64,000 bases of DNA from a virus, in the IMG/VR virus record IMGVR_UViG_3300025133_009446, positions 11,428 through 75,427 of that record. One strand, 5' to 3'. The notes beneath the pieces are model-generated. The model did no database searches and had not been told where the DNA came from. It saw nothing but the letters and a program-made list of their open reading frames with translations. The position numbers and the translations under genes were made by a program. The first letter of the stretch is position 1. Every line of letters starts with the position of its first letter. This document shows positions 21,101 to 29,623 of the stretch, one piece after another.

Positions 21101-22138
21101 TACCATGGTATTAACAAATTCCTCTTCTTTACCGGGCATTGGCCAACCCCAATGATAAACATATATCCCCTTTGCTAAAAAGACCTCTGCATATTTCTTC
21201 AATTTTTCCACAGGTGATATTTTTGAAGGAGTTGCTCCTTCTTTTTGAATAATACTAGATACTAAAATATAATTTATGCCCGCTGCAGCACACTGAGCAG
21301 CTTTTGTTTCCACATTGCCACCATGAAACATCCACATTCCTTTTCCTATTGGCTTAACTCCGCGCACGCTATTCGGATCAATAGGATCGCGGCGTGGAGG
21401 CAATTCAAGCCCCGCATGCGTAAGAGGATAGTTTAACCCACCAGGACCAGTATTTGGCAGAGAACTACCTGGGGCTCCCGATGTCCCTGGTGTGCCCGCT
21501 CCGCAAGTGCCAAAAGCACCCGCTGCATTCACACCAGCTGCCTTGGGAAGGTAATCACCAGTAGGCTCTATATAAATACCAGTGGTAAAATCACCCATGC
21601 GTTGGAAATTAACCCAAACTAAATCATATATTGCTGGTTCTGGAATCGATTCATTTTTGGCTGTATATGTCGGAAGAGATTCAATTATGTTAATCGCTTC
21701 TGGACTTGGATTGTCCAAGTCTCCAGGTGGACACCCCCAATAGTTTAATTCTGGAATGTAAGCCTTAATTTCAACTAATTTAGGGGGCTTGGTATCGGGG
21801 GGATCGAGCATAGAAACTAATCTAGATGCTAATTGTAGAGGTTCTTTTTTGTCATCTGTTTTCTTTGATTTTATTGCAACAACAATCGCCAAAAATGGAC
21901 CTTGTACGGCAGAAGGTGCATCACCAGAATTAGAACTTCTCATAACATCACTTAATGCAGCCATGTTGCTGTGTCTTTGAGGATCGTGAGTTGCTGCAAA
22001 TGGTGACTGTTTTTGAATAGAGGGGTTTAAAGCACCGGGTGGATATTGAGCGCAGATATCCCCACTATTTGCTATTTGATCAATTGCTTGTTCTACAGAG
22101 GTCCCCGCTGCCGGTGGGGTTTGTTGCTCTCCAGCCAC
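18194..22138 (-). CDS. Multi-domain tail-associated lysin: gp5-like N-terminus, TIM-barrel glycoside hydrolase-like domain, coiled coil and Amidase_2-like domain
   Basis: EIKAYIPEL...P..DLVWVNF (OB-fold-like); GKGMWMF...YHWGW...IVADPEAAYE (GH-like); FVIHETA...FWLARNGDVLQ...APHANWSNACSIGCEM...GVVAH (zinc N-acetylmuramoyl-L-alanine amidase). Confidence 0.7.
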   Translation of the reverse strand: MAGEQQTPPAAGTSVEQAIDQIANSGDICAQYPPGALNPSIQKQSPFAATHDPQRHSNMAALSDVMRSSNSGDAPSAVQGPFLAIVVAIKSKKTDDKKEPLQLASRLVSMLDPPDTKPPKLVEIKAYIPELNYWGCPPGDLDNPSPEAINIIESLPTYTAKNESIPEPAIYDLVWVNFQRMGDFTTGIYIEPTGDYLPKAAGVNAAGAFGTCGAGTPGTSGAPGSSLPNTGPGGLNYPLTHAGLELPPRRDPIDPNSVRGVKPIGKGMWMFHGGNVETKAAQCAAAGINYILVSSIIQKEGATPSKISPVEKLKKYAEVFLAKGIYVYHWGWPMPGKEEEFVNTMVTLALQAGASGIVADPEAAYEKMSPQDGYAAALTCGQLFIAEAQKNGLVTGFTSYGAVYDPPYLLQQNPNKRVTWYSGFKGVDMCFPQLYGGKGHVAQANPRTRADYWTKNVQAYGDIFGAETVMPILGAYGRSYNDYPGGGGGTYVAGTPTAGSETTSKPPQRMKEEFNMCPIPNNSVSWWSYHNLKKRPERWDVVRNAGNSEGDALAMSGVAAEQQCEDGSTALMGQCPPASGTAQPAPNVTNPTPPPPGGGTSIAKQADLLSQIKAAEAKVEELSVLYDAIEREDLKAKIAELYKDLHALQAAGSQPGDPKGSPSVSIFNEIKVIKNKLDDLNLQLQATQLKQEQAKESLAMASNPSLNDTQTAALQPYVEELTKIIELRTQQSTELAAQISTESVNLETKITEAGLSEEFKAALFKYDEARATYASKAAAFDPAENAQYVTPQEHPDIAPFWALAEEAKQVYMQIIDTEIESLENKIDPDQLPQAPEGGSSNASSANADATTPGDAASPTPPVPALPSPSSPVACGVMGGPGALPGAAGGGATTPWTGATGGTAFQASRAGFGGKIVNTSHICDGHRWSKSSRTFSKASKRRKVTMFVIHETASGIRKTCPGYNSIVNQNRKPSSYCNVMFWLARNGDVLQTQPPEIKAPHANWSNACSIGCEMVVPCFGYVDGNYSQAAQKQAAIGVVVIGPHADPVKGLKTSKKAAAWHGHFCMPAEIQMRRMWELIQSYISNPTDVVQIPAKFPAINESEGFYKSGPYPNSAQATGTNGYWWSGENSKGTPSCTKPNHQGVVAHARWPRHSDGCAAEYYCFARTKGFSSHDAYKMAALMMAVCGGNVINGIRSPGGYRTCPLPGPEMSAAAKSWWGNRPLNACADSVAITGAPVTDGIPPAPEETAAVGDGPPCDGCDPCAQSCPESCGKCLSSSDGDGTPSPPPADPPQESGGGSSDEGFLPELAAFPEYE

Positions 22139-22140
22139 GT

Positions 22141-22449
22141 TTAGCCAGCCCCTTGTAGTATATCAAATAGCTCATTTTTGTCTTTTTCAGATAAAGACTC
22201 AGAACCAGAACCAATGTTTTTCTGCATCATTGACGTTAGTTTAACTAATTGTTCATTTGATCTTTGTAGGGTTTCTAAGTATTTGGCGGCAATTAATCCC
22301 AAATCTTTATGAGACTCATAAGTAGAGGTTGGCGCTTGAAGTTCTGACATCACATCAGAAAGTAGTGTCGTTGTCCTATCTCTATCATCTCTTATATTGT
22401 TTATTGCCTCATTAATATAATTTTCTAATTTTGTTCTCCGTTGTCCCAT
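22141..22449 (-). CDS. Hypothetical helical protein
   Basis: 102-aa ORF overlapping the end of the sigma-factor gene. Confidence 0.7.
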   Translation of the reverse strand: MGQRRTKLENYINEAINNIRDDRDRTTTLLSDVMSELQAPTSTYESHKDLGLIAAKYLETLQRSNEQLVKLTSMMQKNIGSGSESLSEKDKNELFDILQGAG

Positions 22450-23129
22450 TTAATTTTAAAGTCCTTATATTTAGATCTTAGCTTTTGCAGGTTATTAACA
22501 ACTTGCTTTGTGTTCAAGCCTGTTATTTCCCTCAAATATAGATAAATAGCTTTTTTATTAAAAATCTCTATTTCATCGCTACTTTCAAATAAGATCTTTA
22601 CTGCTTGCATAACTTTACGTTCATTCTCCTTTAAATGTTCAGAATCCCATTCAGAAAATTCTTTCCAAAACTTTTGCCAAAATTCAAAATCAGCTCTGGC
22701 TTTTAGATAAGGGTTATATGTAACTAAATTCGCATTCTCAACCAGTGCGGCGTTGTTGCTGTATGTTGAACGATATTCTTCATAATCAACTTCCCTTCTA
22801 TTTCTAGTGGCATTGAGCTTAACCTTGTGAATAAACCAATTTTTTGTAATTACACTAAAATATGAAAAAGCTTTTGAACCTTTATTGGGATCATATTTAT
22901 CTAATATTGTGGTTAACCACACTTTGCAATCTTCTTTTAAATAATCTATATTAGGCAAGCTAGTGAACTTATAGGTGTACACTATTTTATCAACCAATTC
23001 ATCAAACGCAGGACCAATTAAAGCAATATATAATTCAGATCTTCTCTTTTTGTCTTCTGTGTTGGCATATTCTACAATTGCTTTTTCATGAACAGAGGTA
23101 AAATAATAATTAGACTTCTTTTTCCGCAT
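22425..23129 (-). CDS. Phage RNA polymerase sigma factor (T4 gp55-like, probably late)
   Basis: Region-2-like DYLKEDCKVWLTTILDKYDPNKGSKAFSYFSVITKNW; C-terminal HTH-like LYLREITGLNTKQV. Confidence 0.75.
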   Translation of the reverse strand: MRKKKSNYYFTSVHEKAIVEYANTEDKKRRSELYIALIGPAFDELVDKIVYTYKFTSLPNIDYLKEDCKVWLTTILDKYDPNKGSKAFSYFSVITKNWFIHKVKLNATRNRREVDYEEYRSTYSNNAALVENANLVTYNPYLKARADFEFWQKFWKEFSEWDSEHLKENERKVMQAVKILFESSDEIEIFNKKAIYLYLREITGLNTKQVVNNLQKLRSKYKDFKIKWDNGEQN

Positions 23130-23433
23130 CCATACGCTCCTCCTCTTCTATATCAGAAAGCAAAATCGGCGCCTCAAAATCATAAGATTTTCTAAATGAT
23201 TCAATCTCATCTGCTACATGTTTTGAATACTCCAATAATTGTGCTATCATCTCATCTCCATAATACATTTCTAGTTCATGAAGATCTTCTACATATTTTG
23301 TATACCTTTCCAACATTTCGCTCACGTCTTCAATGTTTTCAGATACAAATATAAGTCTCTTCAAGCTTTGATAGAACGCATACCCAAGCAAGACATTAAC
23401 TAATAATGATAGTACTAGCCAGATCCACATCAT
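23110..23433 (-). CDS. Small membrane-anchored coiled-coil protein
   Basis: N-terminal hydrophobic helix WIWLVLSLLVNVLLGYAFY. Confidence 0.7.
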   Translation of the reverse strand: MMWIWLVLSLLVNVLLGYAFYQSLKRLIFVSENIEDVSEMLERYTKYVEDLHELEMYYGDEMIAQLLEYSKHVADEIESFRKSYDFEAPILLSDIEEEERMDAEKEV

Positions 23434-23687
23434 TGAGTGTACTCCTTTTCTTTAAGCCTTTTTTTAGCCTCTTCCACCTCTCGTTTAGTTTCTTTTATGT
23501 AGGAATCAACTAATTCACCAGCTCTTTTTTTCGAAGGAGCTTTAAAAGGGATCCCCATCATTGAAGGTATTCTAACTAAAGAACCAACAGTTTCACATAT
23601 CGTGCAATCAGTTAGTTTATCGTGTATAGAGTGTTTCTCTTTAAATTCTGTTTTGCATGTATCACAGTGATATACATAAATCGGCAT
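23430..23687 (-). CDS. FmdB-family zinc-ribbon protein
   Basis: MPIYVYHCDTC...CTIC. Confidence 0.85.
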   Translation of the reverse strand: MPIYVYHCDTCKTEFKEKHSIHDKLTDCTICETVGSLVRIPSMMGIPFKAPSKKRAGELVDSYIKETKREVEEAKKRLKEKEYTQ

Positions 23688-23690
23688 ATA

Positions 23691-23930
23691 TTATTCCGAT
23701 TGGGTGTCAACAGTGTCAAAATCAAATGATTGCTGTTGCAAATTCTCTTCAAACTCATCATTAAACTTAACCAATGGCGGGTTCATAACTACCAGCCCCT
23801 GATCCGAGGTTCTAAATCTGAACTCTTTTAAAACAGGAACAATATCACTTTGCTCCATTAAGCTTTTCTGCAGAGCCATCATAACAGCCCCCACAGCCTG
23901 ATCTGACATGTTTACTTCTCTATCGCTCAT
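23691..23930 (-). CDS. Hypothetical protein
   Basis: Start moved to the ATG at 23930 (MSDREVN), which follows SD GGAG. Confidence 0.7.
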   Translation of the reverse strand: MSDREVNMSDQAVGAVMMALQKSLMEQSDIVPVLKEFRFRTSDQGLVVMNPPLVKFNDEFEENLQQQSFDFDTVDTQSE

Positions 23931-24789
23931 TAATTTCTCCTTCTTTGCTAATGGCTCTACCTTCAAGCGCTTCCCAATCTCTTTCTGGGCGTACTTCCAA
24001 GTTTTTATTCCACGCAGCTTTTAATACCGCCGGATTTATATTTAGATTCTCTGCATATTTTATCATCGCATTTAAATCCTTTGGAAAGCACGAACCACCA
24101 AAACCAAACTTACCATCTGGACCTGGAACAGAAAAATGGGATCTACCTAAACGCTTGTCATATAAACCATATTCTACTATCTTATCATAGTCTACATTAA
24201 TTTTTTCACATATTTGTTTGATTTCATTAGAAAAACTAACTTTGGTTGCAAGAAAACAATTGGTAAAATATTTCACCATCTCAGCTGTATTTGAACCAGT
24301 TTTCACCAATGTCGTTTCTGGAAATGCTTTTCTATAAAGATTTTTTACTTTTGTTGATGCTGGTCTAGGTCCACCAATTATAATTCTTGTTTGATTTTTA
24401 AAATCTTCAACAAAATTTGCTTCAGTTAAAAATTCAGGATTAAAAATAACTTTCAAATTATTGCACTCTTGGTTAAACTTTTCAGTTGTCCCAGGAGGGA
24501 CTGTAGATTTAATCACTGCAATATTGTCGTTATTATAACTATCCAACTTCATTATTGTGTCTGTTACAATAGATAAATCACATACACCATTTCGCTTCAT
24601 CGGTGTTGGAAGGCATATAAAAATTATACCAGCTTGTTGACTTAGTTGTTGCAAAGATGTACATGTTGATGCGCGTGCTTTGAACTTGTCATACGTATCA
24701 ACATGTACACCACGGACACCCTTAAACCCTTCGTACACAGCTGTGCCAACAAAACCCTGTCCAACTATACCAATATTAGTTTTTCTCAT
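23920..24789 (-). CDS. ugd: UDP-glucose/GDP-mannose 6-dehydrogenase family (short form)
   Basis: GQGFVG Rossmann motif, FICLPTP, IKSTVPPGTT, FNPEFL, AEMVKY, and catalytic GFGGSCFPKD; lacks the usual C-terminal domain. Confidence 0.88.
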   Translation of the reverse strand: MRKTNIGIVGQGFVGTAVYEGFKGVRGVHVDTYDKFKARASTCTSLQQLSQQAGIIFICLPTPMKRNGVCDLSIVTDTIMKLDSYNNDNIAVIKSTVPPGTTEKFNQECNNLKVIFNPEFLTEANFVEDFKNQTRIIIGGPRPASTKVKNLYRKAFPETTLVKTGSNTAEMVKYFTNCFLATKVSFSNEIKQICEKINVDYDKIVEYGLYDKRLGRSHFSVPGPDGKFGFGGSCFPKDLNAMIKYAENLNINPAVLKAAWNKNLEVRPERDWEALEGRAISKEGEINER

Positions 24790-25674
24790 TTAAAATTCCC
24801 AAAACAACTTTTTAAAACATCTATCAACACCAGCTTCTGCACCGATTTCCGCCTTCCAACCTAAGTCTTGCAAAGGTAAAACATCTGCTAACGTTACCAT
24901 GACATCGCCCTGTCTTTCTTCTATATACTCAAATGCAATATCGGTGAAGTATTTTTGAACAATATCCTTCACTTCATTTAAAGAAATATTGTCGCCAGTT
25001 CCAACATCAAAATGCGCTCCATTGAATTTATCGTCGCGCTCCATTGCAAATATGTTTGCACTGATAGCATCAGAAACGTGCAACATATCTCTTCGTTGTT
25101 CTCCGGTACCTGTAATAAAGGGAGTCTTGCCTTTTCGAATATATTTCATCCAATTCGCAATTGCAGTAGCATATGGACCATCTGCTTCCTGATCTTCCGA
25201 ATAAACATTAAAATAACGCAAACTAACAGTATCAATTCCATAAAGCTCTGAATAAAGCTTGCACTCCATTTCACTAACTAGCTTTTGTAACCCATATGGG
25301 TTTGTTGGTCCATCTCCATCGCCAACAACTGATGAAGAACTAGAATATATTACACGCTTTGCGCCAACATGTTTTGCAAAATTAAGTATATTACTTGTAC
25401 ATAAAACATTATTTTCCATTGTTCGAACAGGGTTTTCCACACTATATGTTACCCTGGGAAAGCACGCTAAGTGAAAAATATATTCAGGCTTGAAATTAAA
25501 ATAATGTGGGTGAAAATCTCCACGCATTGGTTCATTGTATTCGCGAAGATCTTTATTAATATCATGCCCCTCAAATAAATCAATTCCTTGCACTTCGTGT
25601 CCCAATTCTTGTAATGTTTCATACAAATGGGAACCAATGTATCCTCTATGTCCTGTTACTAAGCATCTAGCCAT
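24790..25674 (-). CDS. NAD-dependent nucleotide-sugar epimerase/dehydratase (extended SDR)
   Basis: VTGHRGYIG, YSSSSS, YGLQK, LRYFNVY, GEQRRD. Confidence 0.9.
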   Translation of the reverse strand: MARCLVTGHRGYIGSHLYETLQELGHEVQGIDLFEGHDINKDLREYNEPMRGDFHPHYFNFKPEYIFHLACFPRVTYSVENPVRTMENNVLCTSNILNFAKHVGAKRVIYSSSSSVVGDGDGPTNPYGLQKLVSEMECKLYSELYGIDTVSLRYFNVYSEDQEADGPYATAIANWMKYIRKGKTPFITGTGEQRRDMLHVSDAISANIFAMERDDKFNGAHFDVGTGDNISLNEVKDIVQKYFTDIAFEYIEERQGDVMVTLADVLPLQDLGWKAEIGAEAGVDRCFKKLFWEF

Positions 25675-26507
25675 TTTTCTTCTCCTCCTTCAAAAAATTG
25701 TGGTGGCATATCCCAAAATTGTTTCGCGCTTTTAAGTCTGTTTTCTTGCAACACTACCTCATTGTTCAAAATATATTTCTCATAATCTATAATTGGGTAT
25801 ACATCTAAGTAAGTTTTTAGCGATGCATTGTAAAACTTTGTATCTCTGCCTCTCTCTATGAAATTCTTTAATGCTAAAGAATGTACATTTCTCATCTGAT
25901 GATTGATTTTATAAAGCTTTTCATGAGGAATATCTGCTCGATATGATTTGTCAAAATGATTTGGATCACTTTCGCTACCTCTATCGCCAGTCCAACCCAA
26001 ATCTGCTCCAACAATCACAACCTCACTAAAACCCATGTGGTATGTTAATTGTAAAGCTAGATTCATTGTCGTGCCGGTTTTATCTATCCGTTCGACAATA
26101 TCTGTAGAAAAACATGTTTCTGATATTCTACCATCCATGGGCGGTTTCCTCTCACTCATAGAATCAAACCAATTAATATGCGGGTAATCATCATTTGAAT
26201 CAATTGTGGGCTTAAACATTTTTGCAATAAAAGACGTCGTGTCTGATTCTTTCACAGCGTTACGAACAGAGCCTGTCCACGCCCTGCCCCACTCTGGGTG
26301 TCTAACATTAGTAGACGAAAACAAATAATACGTAGGCTTCCATTCTGGGTTTTTATCATATATAAGAGATATACGATTCATAGCAATTGTATTTTCATTC
26401 TTAAGAAGGTTTAAATTCGTATTCGCCAAGCTTGGTCCATTGGCAATAAGAAATACTCTTTCGCCTTTATGTAAGTCCTTATACTTATCAAATACAGCAT
26501 TTTTCAT
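25659..26507 (-). CDS. DUF115/MAF-like (sialyltransferase-fold) glycosyltransferase
   Basis: FLIANGPSL, IAMNRI, ALQLTYHMGFSEVVIVGAD, DPNHFDKSY, FYNAS; start moved to MKNAVF. Confidence 0.75.
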   Translation of the reverse strand: MKNAVFDKYKDLHKGERVFLIANGPSLANTNLNLLKNENTIAMNRISLIYDKNPEWKPTYYLFSSTNVRHPEWGRAWTGSVRNAVKESDTTSFIAKMFKPTIDSNDDYPHINWFDSMSERKPPMDGRISETCFSTDIVERIDKTGTTMNLALQLTYHMGFSEVVIVGADLGWTGDRGSESDPNHFDKSYRADIPHEKLYKINHQMRNVHSLALKNFIERGRDTKFYNASLKTYLDVYPIIDYEKYILNNEVVLQENRLKSAKQFWDMPPQFFEGGEEKWLDA

Positions 26508-26511
26508 GATA

Positions 26512-27198
26512 TTATTTTTCCCTTGAAGAAACAAGAATTGTTCTTTTATAATTTAAATGACTTTCATCATTATAAAATGTATTGTTATTGAATCCTAATT
26601 CTTTCATTCTATTATTAACATATGTTTGTGTTGGAATTGAGTGAAGTTTATTATATTTATTAGATTTACTTTTATGTCCCCCAGAGACACAAAGATCATC
26701 TAACGAATCGTATGTTTTAAACTCTAAGATTAATAAATTTGAAAGTTTAGACATTTTTTGTAAACATTGTAGCACGTTTGGTATTCTATGTAATAATCCC
26801 AACCCTAAAATCATATCATAATTTTTGTTTTCTTTTAACTCATATAAATCCCCGACTTCAAATTGGACATTATCAAGCTTAAATATTTGTTTTATGAAAT
26901 TCGCCCTTTCGATTCTCAATGGATCTGGATCTATTCCAACAACTTGCATATCATAATCCATTGCGCATTTTACAGAATAATAACCGTCGCTGCATCCAAT
27001 GTCCAAAGCTTTTTTTCCTTTTAAATTTAACTTATCTATTATTGGATTTAATCTAGCCCATTTGTTGATATTGTACCCCGGACTATTAATATCGGTTTTT
27101 CTTGTTTTTATTAAACCTGGGAGATTATATTGATGATTCCAATCTTCCTTTTTGGATAAATCTGAGACTTTCTGTTGTATCCATTTATGATATTCCAT
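26512..27198 (-). CDS. Class I SAM-dependent methyltransferase
   Basis: ALDIGCSDGYYS, VVGID, YDMILGLGLLH. Confidence 0.88.
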   Translation of the reverse strand: MEYHKWIQQKVSDLSKKEDWNHQYNLPGLIKTRKTDINSPGYNINKWARLNPIIDKLNLKGKKALDIGCSDGYYSVKCAMDYDMQVVGIDPDPLRIERANFIKQIFKLDNVQFEVGDLYELKENKNYDMILGLGLLHRIPNVLQCLQKMSKLSNLLILEFKTYDSLDDLCVSGGHKSKSNKYNKLHSIPTQTYVNNRMKELGFNNNTFYNDESHLNYKRTILVSSREK

Positions 27199-27856
27199 TT
27201 ATATATCTCTCCATAATTTTTATAGCAACATACTCATCTAGAAAACCACTTGTAACAGATGGCCATTTATCAACATTTTTAGAACTATATATTTTGCGCG
27301 GTGGTTCAATTCGGTTTTTTTTATCTCGCGGTTTCAAATGTTTCTGTTCCTCATAAACAACCGGTATGGGCAAATCAGGAAATAAAGCAGACAATGTTGC
27401 CACACGATGATTGCCACTGACTACATAAAAATTTTTTCCTGTGTGATTCTCTAAAAAATATCCAGTAATATGACCTTTTTTCCTATCTAAAAAAGCATCT
27501 GGCGTATACCCAAATTCTTTAATAGATAAGACAAGGTTTTTCATTTTATCTATTTGTGCATCAATAAATTTTTTATCTCGTCGCATAAAAGCAACATCCA
27601 CAAACTCTGTGACGGGGCTTGTATGAATCCATGGAAGAAAAATAGATTTATAAGAATATCGCTTTAAATTTTCACCAACGTTGTAAATGTCATATAGTGT
27701 CTTTAAATTAAAAGATTTATAATGATCATGCAAAACAGTATTCTCTAATGTTTGATTAGATTTTAGCAATTGCAACGCCGTTAAGTAACAAGGATTATCA
27801 CCAATAGCAAATGGCAATCTACTTAAATTACATATTTCTTCTTTAAAAATCTTCAT
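27185..27856 (-). CDS. Hypothetical protein with a ParB/sulfiredoxin-like motif
   Basis: LVLSIKEFGY...YVVSGNHRVATL; start moved to MKIFKEE (27856). Confidence 0.55.
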   Translation of the reverse strand: MKIFKEEICNLSRLPFAIGDNPCYLTALQLLKSNQTLENTVLHDHYKSFNLKTLYDIYNVGENLKRYSYKSIFLPWIHTSPVTEFVDVAFMRRDKKFIDAQIDKMKNLVLSIKEFGYTPDAFLDRKKGHITGYFLENHTGKNFYVVSGNHRVATLSALFPDLPIPVVYEEQKHLKPRDKKNRIEPPRKIYSSKNVDKWPSVTSGFLDEYVAIKIMERYINGIS

Positions 27857-28295
27857 AGTTTTCAATATAATCGCTACATATCCCAACACATTGTTGAATA
27901 TCTTCCTTTTTATATTGTGCGACTTCCGGAAGCACACAAATTGAACCTTTTAATATTCTCTTCTTAGGAAAACCCCACATATATCCTTTAGATGTTAAAG
28001 TAACGTCATCTGTTTTGTGAAAAAAACAATGTATCTCTTGAGGTGGCCGAGGATTAATCAATTTCGCCAATGCTTCCGGATTTTTACAATGACACCACAG
28101 TTTATCGTTGTTTAAAAAAGAAATATTTATTTTATATTCAGGCTTGTCATGACCAAGATACAAGCAATTGTTTTTATACCAAACGTCTATCTCCACATTG
28201 TAGCCGGATTTCATAGCCTCTAAAATATAATCAGGAGAATTTTCTCTTTCTGGATTCTTGCCATTAACGTTGCCTCTGTGAGATATCAAAATCAC
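27843..28295 (-). CDS. Short glycerophosphodiester phosphodiesterase-like protein
   Basis: ISHRGN, EN, VEIDVW, LGHD, GICSD. Confidence 0.8.
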   Translation of the reverse strand: MILISHRGNVNGKNPERENSPDYILEAMKSGYNVEIDVWYKNNCLYLGHDKPEYKINISFLNNDKLWCHCKNPEALAKLINPRPPQEIHCFFHKTDDVTLTSKGYMWGFPKKRILKGSICVLPEVAQYKKEDIQQCVGICSDYIENYEDF

Positions 28296-29008
28296 TTATA
28301 GTTCTCCAAAAAAGATCTTAAATCTTCGGGAGTGCCAAGACCACACATCTTGTGCACATAAAATGGAATAAGAGTTTTGCCATCAGCTATTAACTCGTTA
28401 TAAACTGGAGCTATATAAAACTCATTATTAACACGAATATCTTTTTCAATCATTTGTTCTGCATATTTTACAAAATCAGAACCATGGCGGTACCAATAAA
28501 TCCCACATGTTGCAATATTGGATATTGGCTTTTTTTCGGCAACTTCTGTAATGAATCCTCTAGAGTTCGTTTTGACAAAAGACCATTTAGGGTGCACTGC
28601 ATTAAAAGTAAATACCATTGCATCACAATTGGTTAAATTCTTCAATGATCTGAAGTTCTCTGACTCGTAATCAACATATTGATCTGAATTAGCAATAAGT
28701 AAATCATCATCATTATTTATATATTCTCTAGCTAACAATGCGGTACATGCTGCACCCTCAGTTAATTTGTCAACAACAAGATATTTAAAATTATTGTTTG
28801 TTATTTGTGAAAGTGTGCCCAACAAACCTTCATATTCTTCGACATGTTTTTTTCGAATCAAAAAAATATATTCACAATCAAAATCTAAGTTTTCTACAAC
28901 CTTTTGAATCATGGGCTTTCCATTAACATCAATAAGCGGCTTTGGGAAGGTGTAACCTTCCTTGACAAACCTACTTCCTTCGCCAGCCATTGGAATCAAT
29001 ATTTTCAT
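28292..29008 (-). CDS. Sugar/polyol-phosphate nucleotidyltransferase
   Basis: IPMAGEGSRF, PKPLI, TEGAACT, NSDQ, AEKKPIS, EFYIAPVYN, GLGTPED. Confidence 0.88.
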   Translation of the reverse strand: MKILIPMAGEGSRFVKEGYTFPKPLIDVNGKPMIQKVVENLDFDCEYIFLIRKKHVEEYEGLLGTLSQITNNNFKYLVVDKLTEGAACTALLAREYINNDDDLLIANSDQYVDYESENFRSLKNLTNCDAMVFTFNAVHPKWSFVKTNSRGFITEVAEKKPISNIATCGIYWYRHGSDFVKYAEQMIEKDIRVNNEFYIAPVYNELIADGKTLIPFYVHKMCGLGTPEDLRSFLENYK

Positions 29009-29622
29009 TTTAAAACCTCTTTAAACAATTCAATTGTCACTTCATCAGCATTTTTAACAGAAATTACATGGCATCCAGACTCTTTCGCTGCTTGTAAACC
29101 TTTGGGTGAATCTTCCACTATTATAGTGTTCTTGTTAGAAATATCAAGTTCTTTAAGTGTTTTTATATAACCCTCTGGATCTGGTTTAGGTTTTTCAACA
29201 TCTTGATTGGTTAGTACCATGTCGAAATAATTCAAAATACCAGTTTTATCTAACATCATATATGCTGTTTCTCTAATGCTGTTTGTAAAACATGCGACTT
29301 TCAAATTTTTATCTTGAACCAACCATTCTAATAAATCAATTTTTTCTTGCCTAATTTTTGCATTGGATTCAATAATTTCTTTCGTTTTTTCTTGTTTTAA
29401 ATCATAAACATCTATATGCTCATCTTCACTTAATATATTTATCTCTGTGAGTGCTGCTAGTTTAACTTTTGTTGGAAGCCCATTATATTTGTTATAGTGG
29501 TCTTCTAAAGAAATTTCATAATTGCACACCTCTTTTAAAGCTTCGTTTAGAGCAACTCGATGCCACTCACATGCATCAACCAAGACACCATCTAAATCGA
29601 ATATAACTAATTCAACACTCAT
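29005..29622 (-). CDS. HAD-superfamily phosphatase (beta-PGM-like)
   Basis: FDLDGVL, TNS, KPKPDPEGY, VEDS. Confidence 0.9.
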   Translation of the reverse strand: MSVELVIFDLDGVLVDACEWHRVALNEALKEVCNYEISLEDHYNKYNGLPTKVKLAALTEINILSEDEHIDVYDLKQEKTKEIIESNAKIRQEKIDLLEWLVQDKNLKVACFTNSIRETAYMMLDKTGILNYFDMVLTNQDVEKPKPDPEGYIKTLKELDISNKNTIIVEDSPKGLQAAKESGCHVISVKNADEVTIELFKEVLK

Positions 29623-29623
29623 A

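Noticed and set aside
5171-22138. Bacterial contractile injection system or tailocin rather than a phage
   Set aside because: The surrounding genes (phage-type sigma, PhoH, solo Cas4-like, many phage-like hypotheticals) and the lack of host housekeeping operons argue for a phage genome
8906-22138. Inteins, introns or a diversity-generating retroelement in the giant tail genes
   Set aside because: No intein splice motifs, homing endonuclease, reverse transcriptase or TR/VR-type adenine-variant repeat pair was noticed by eye
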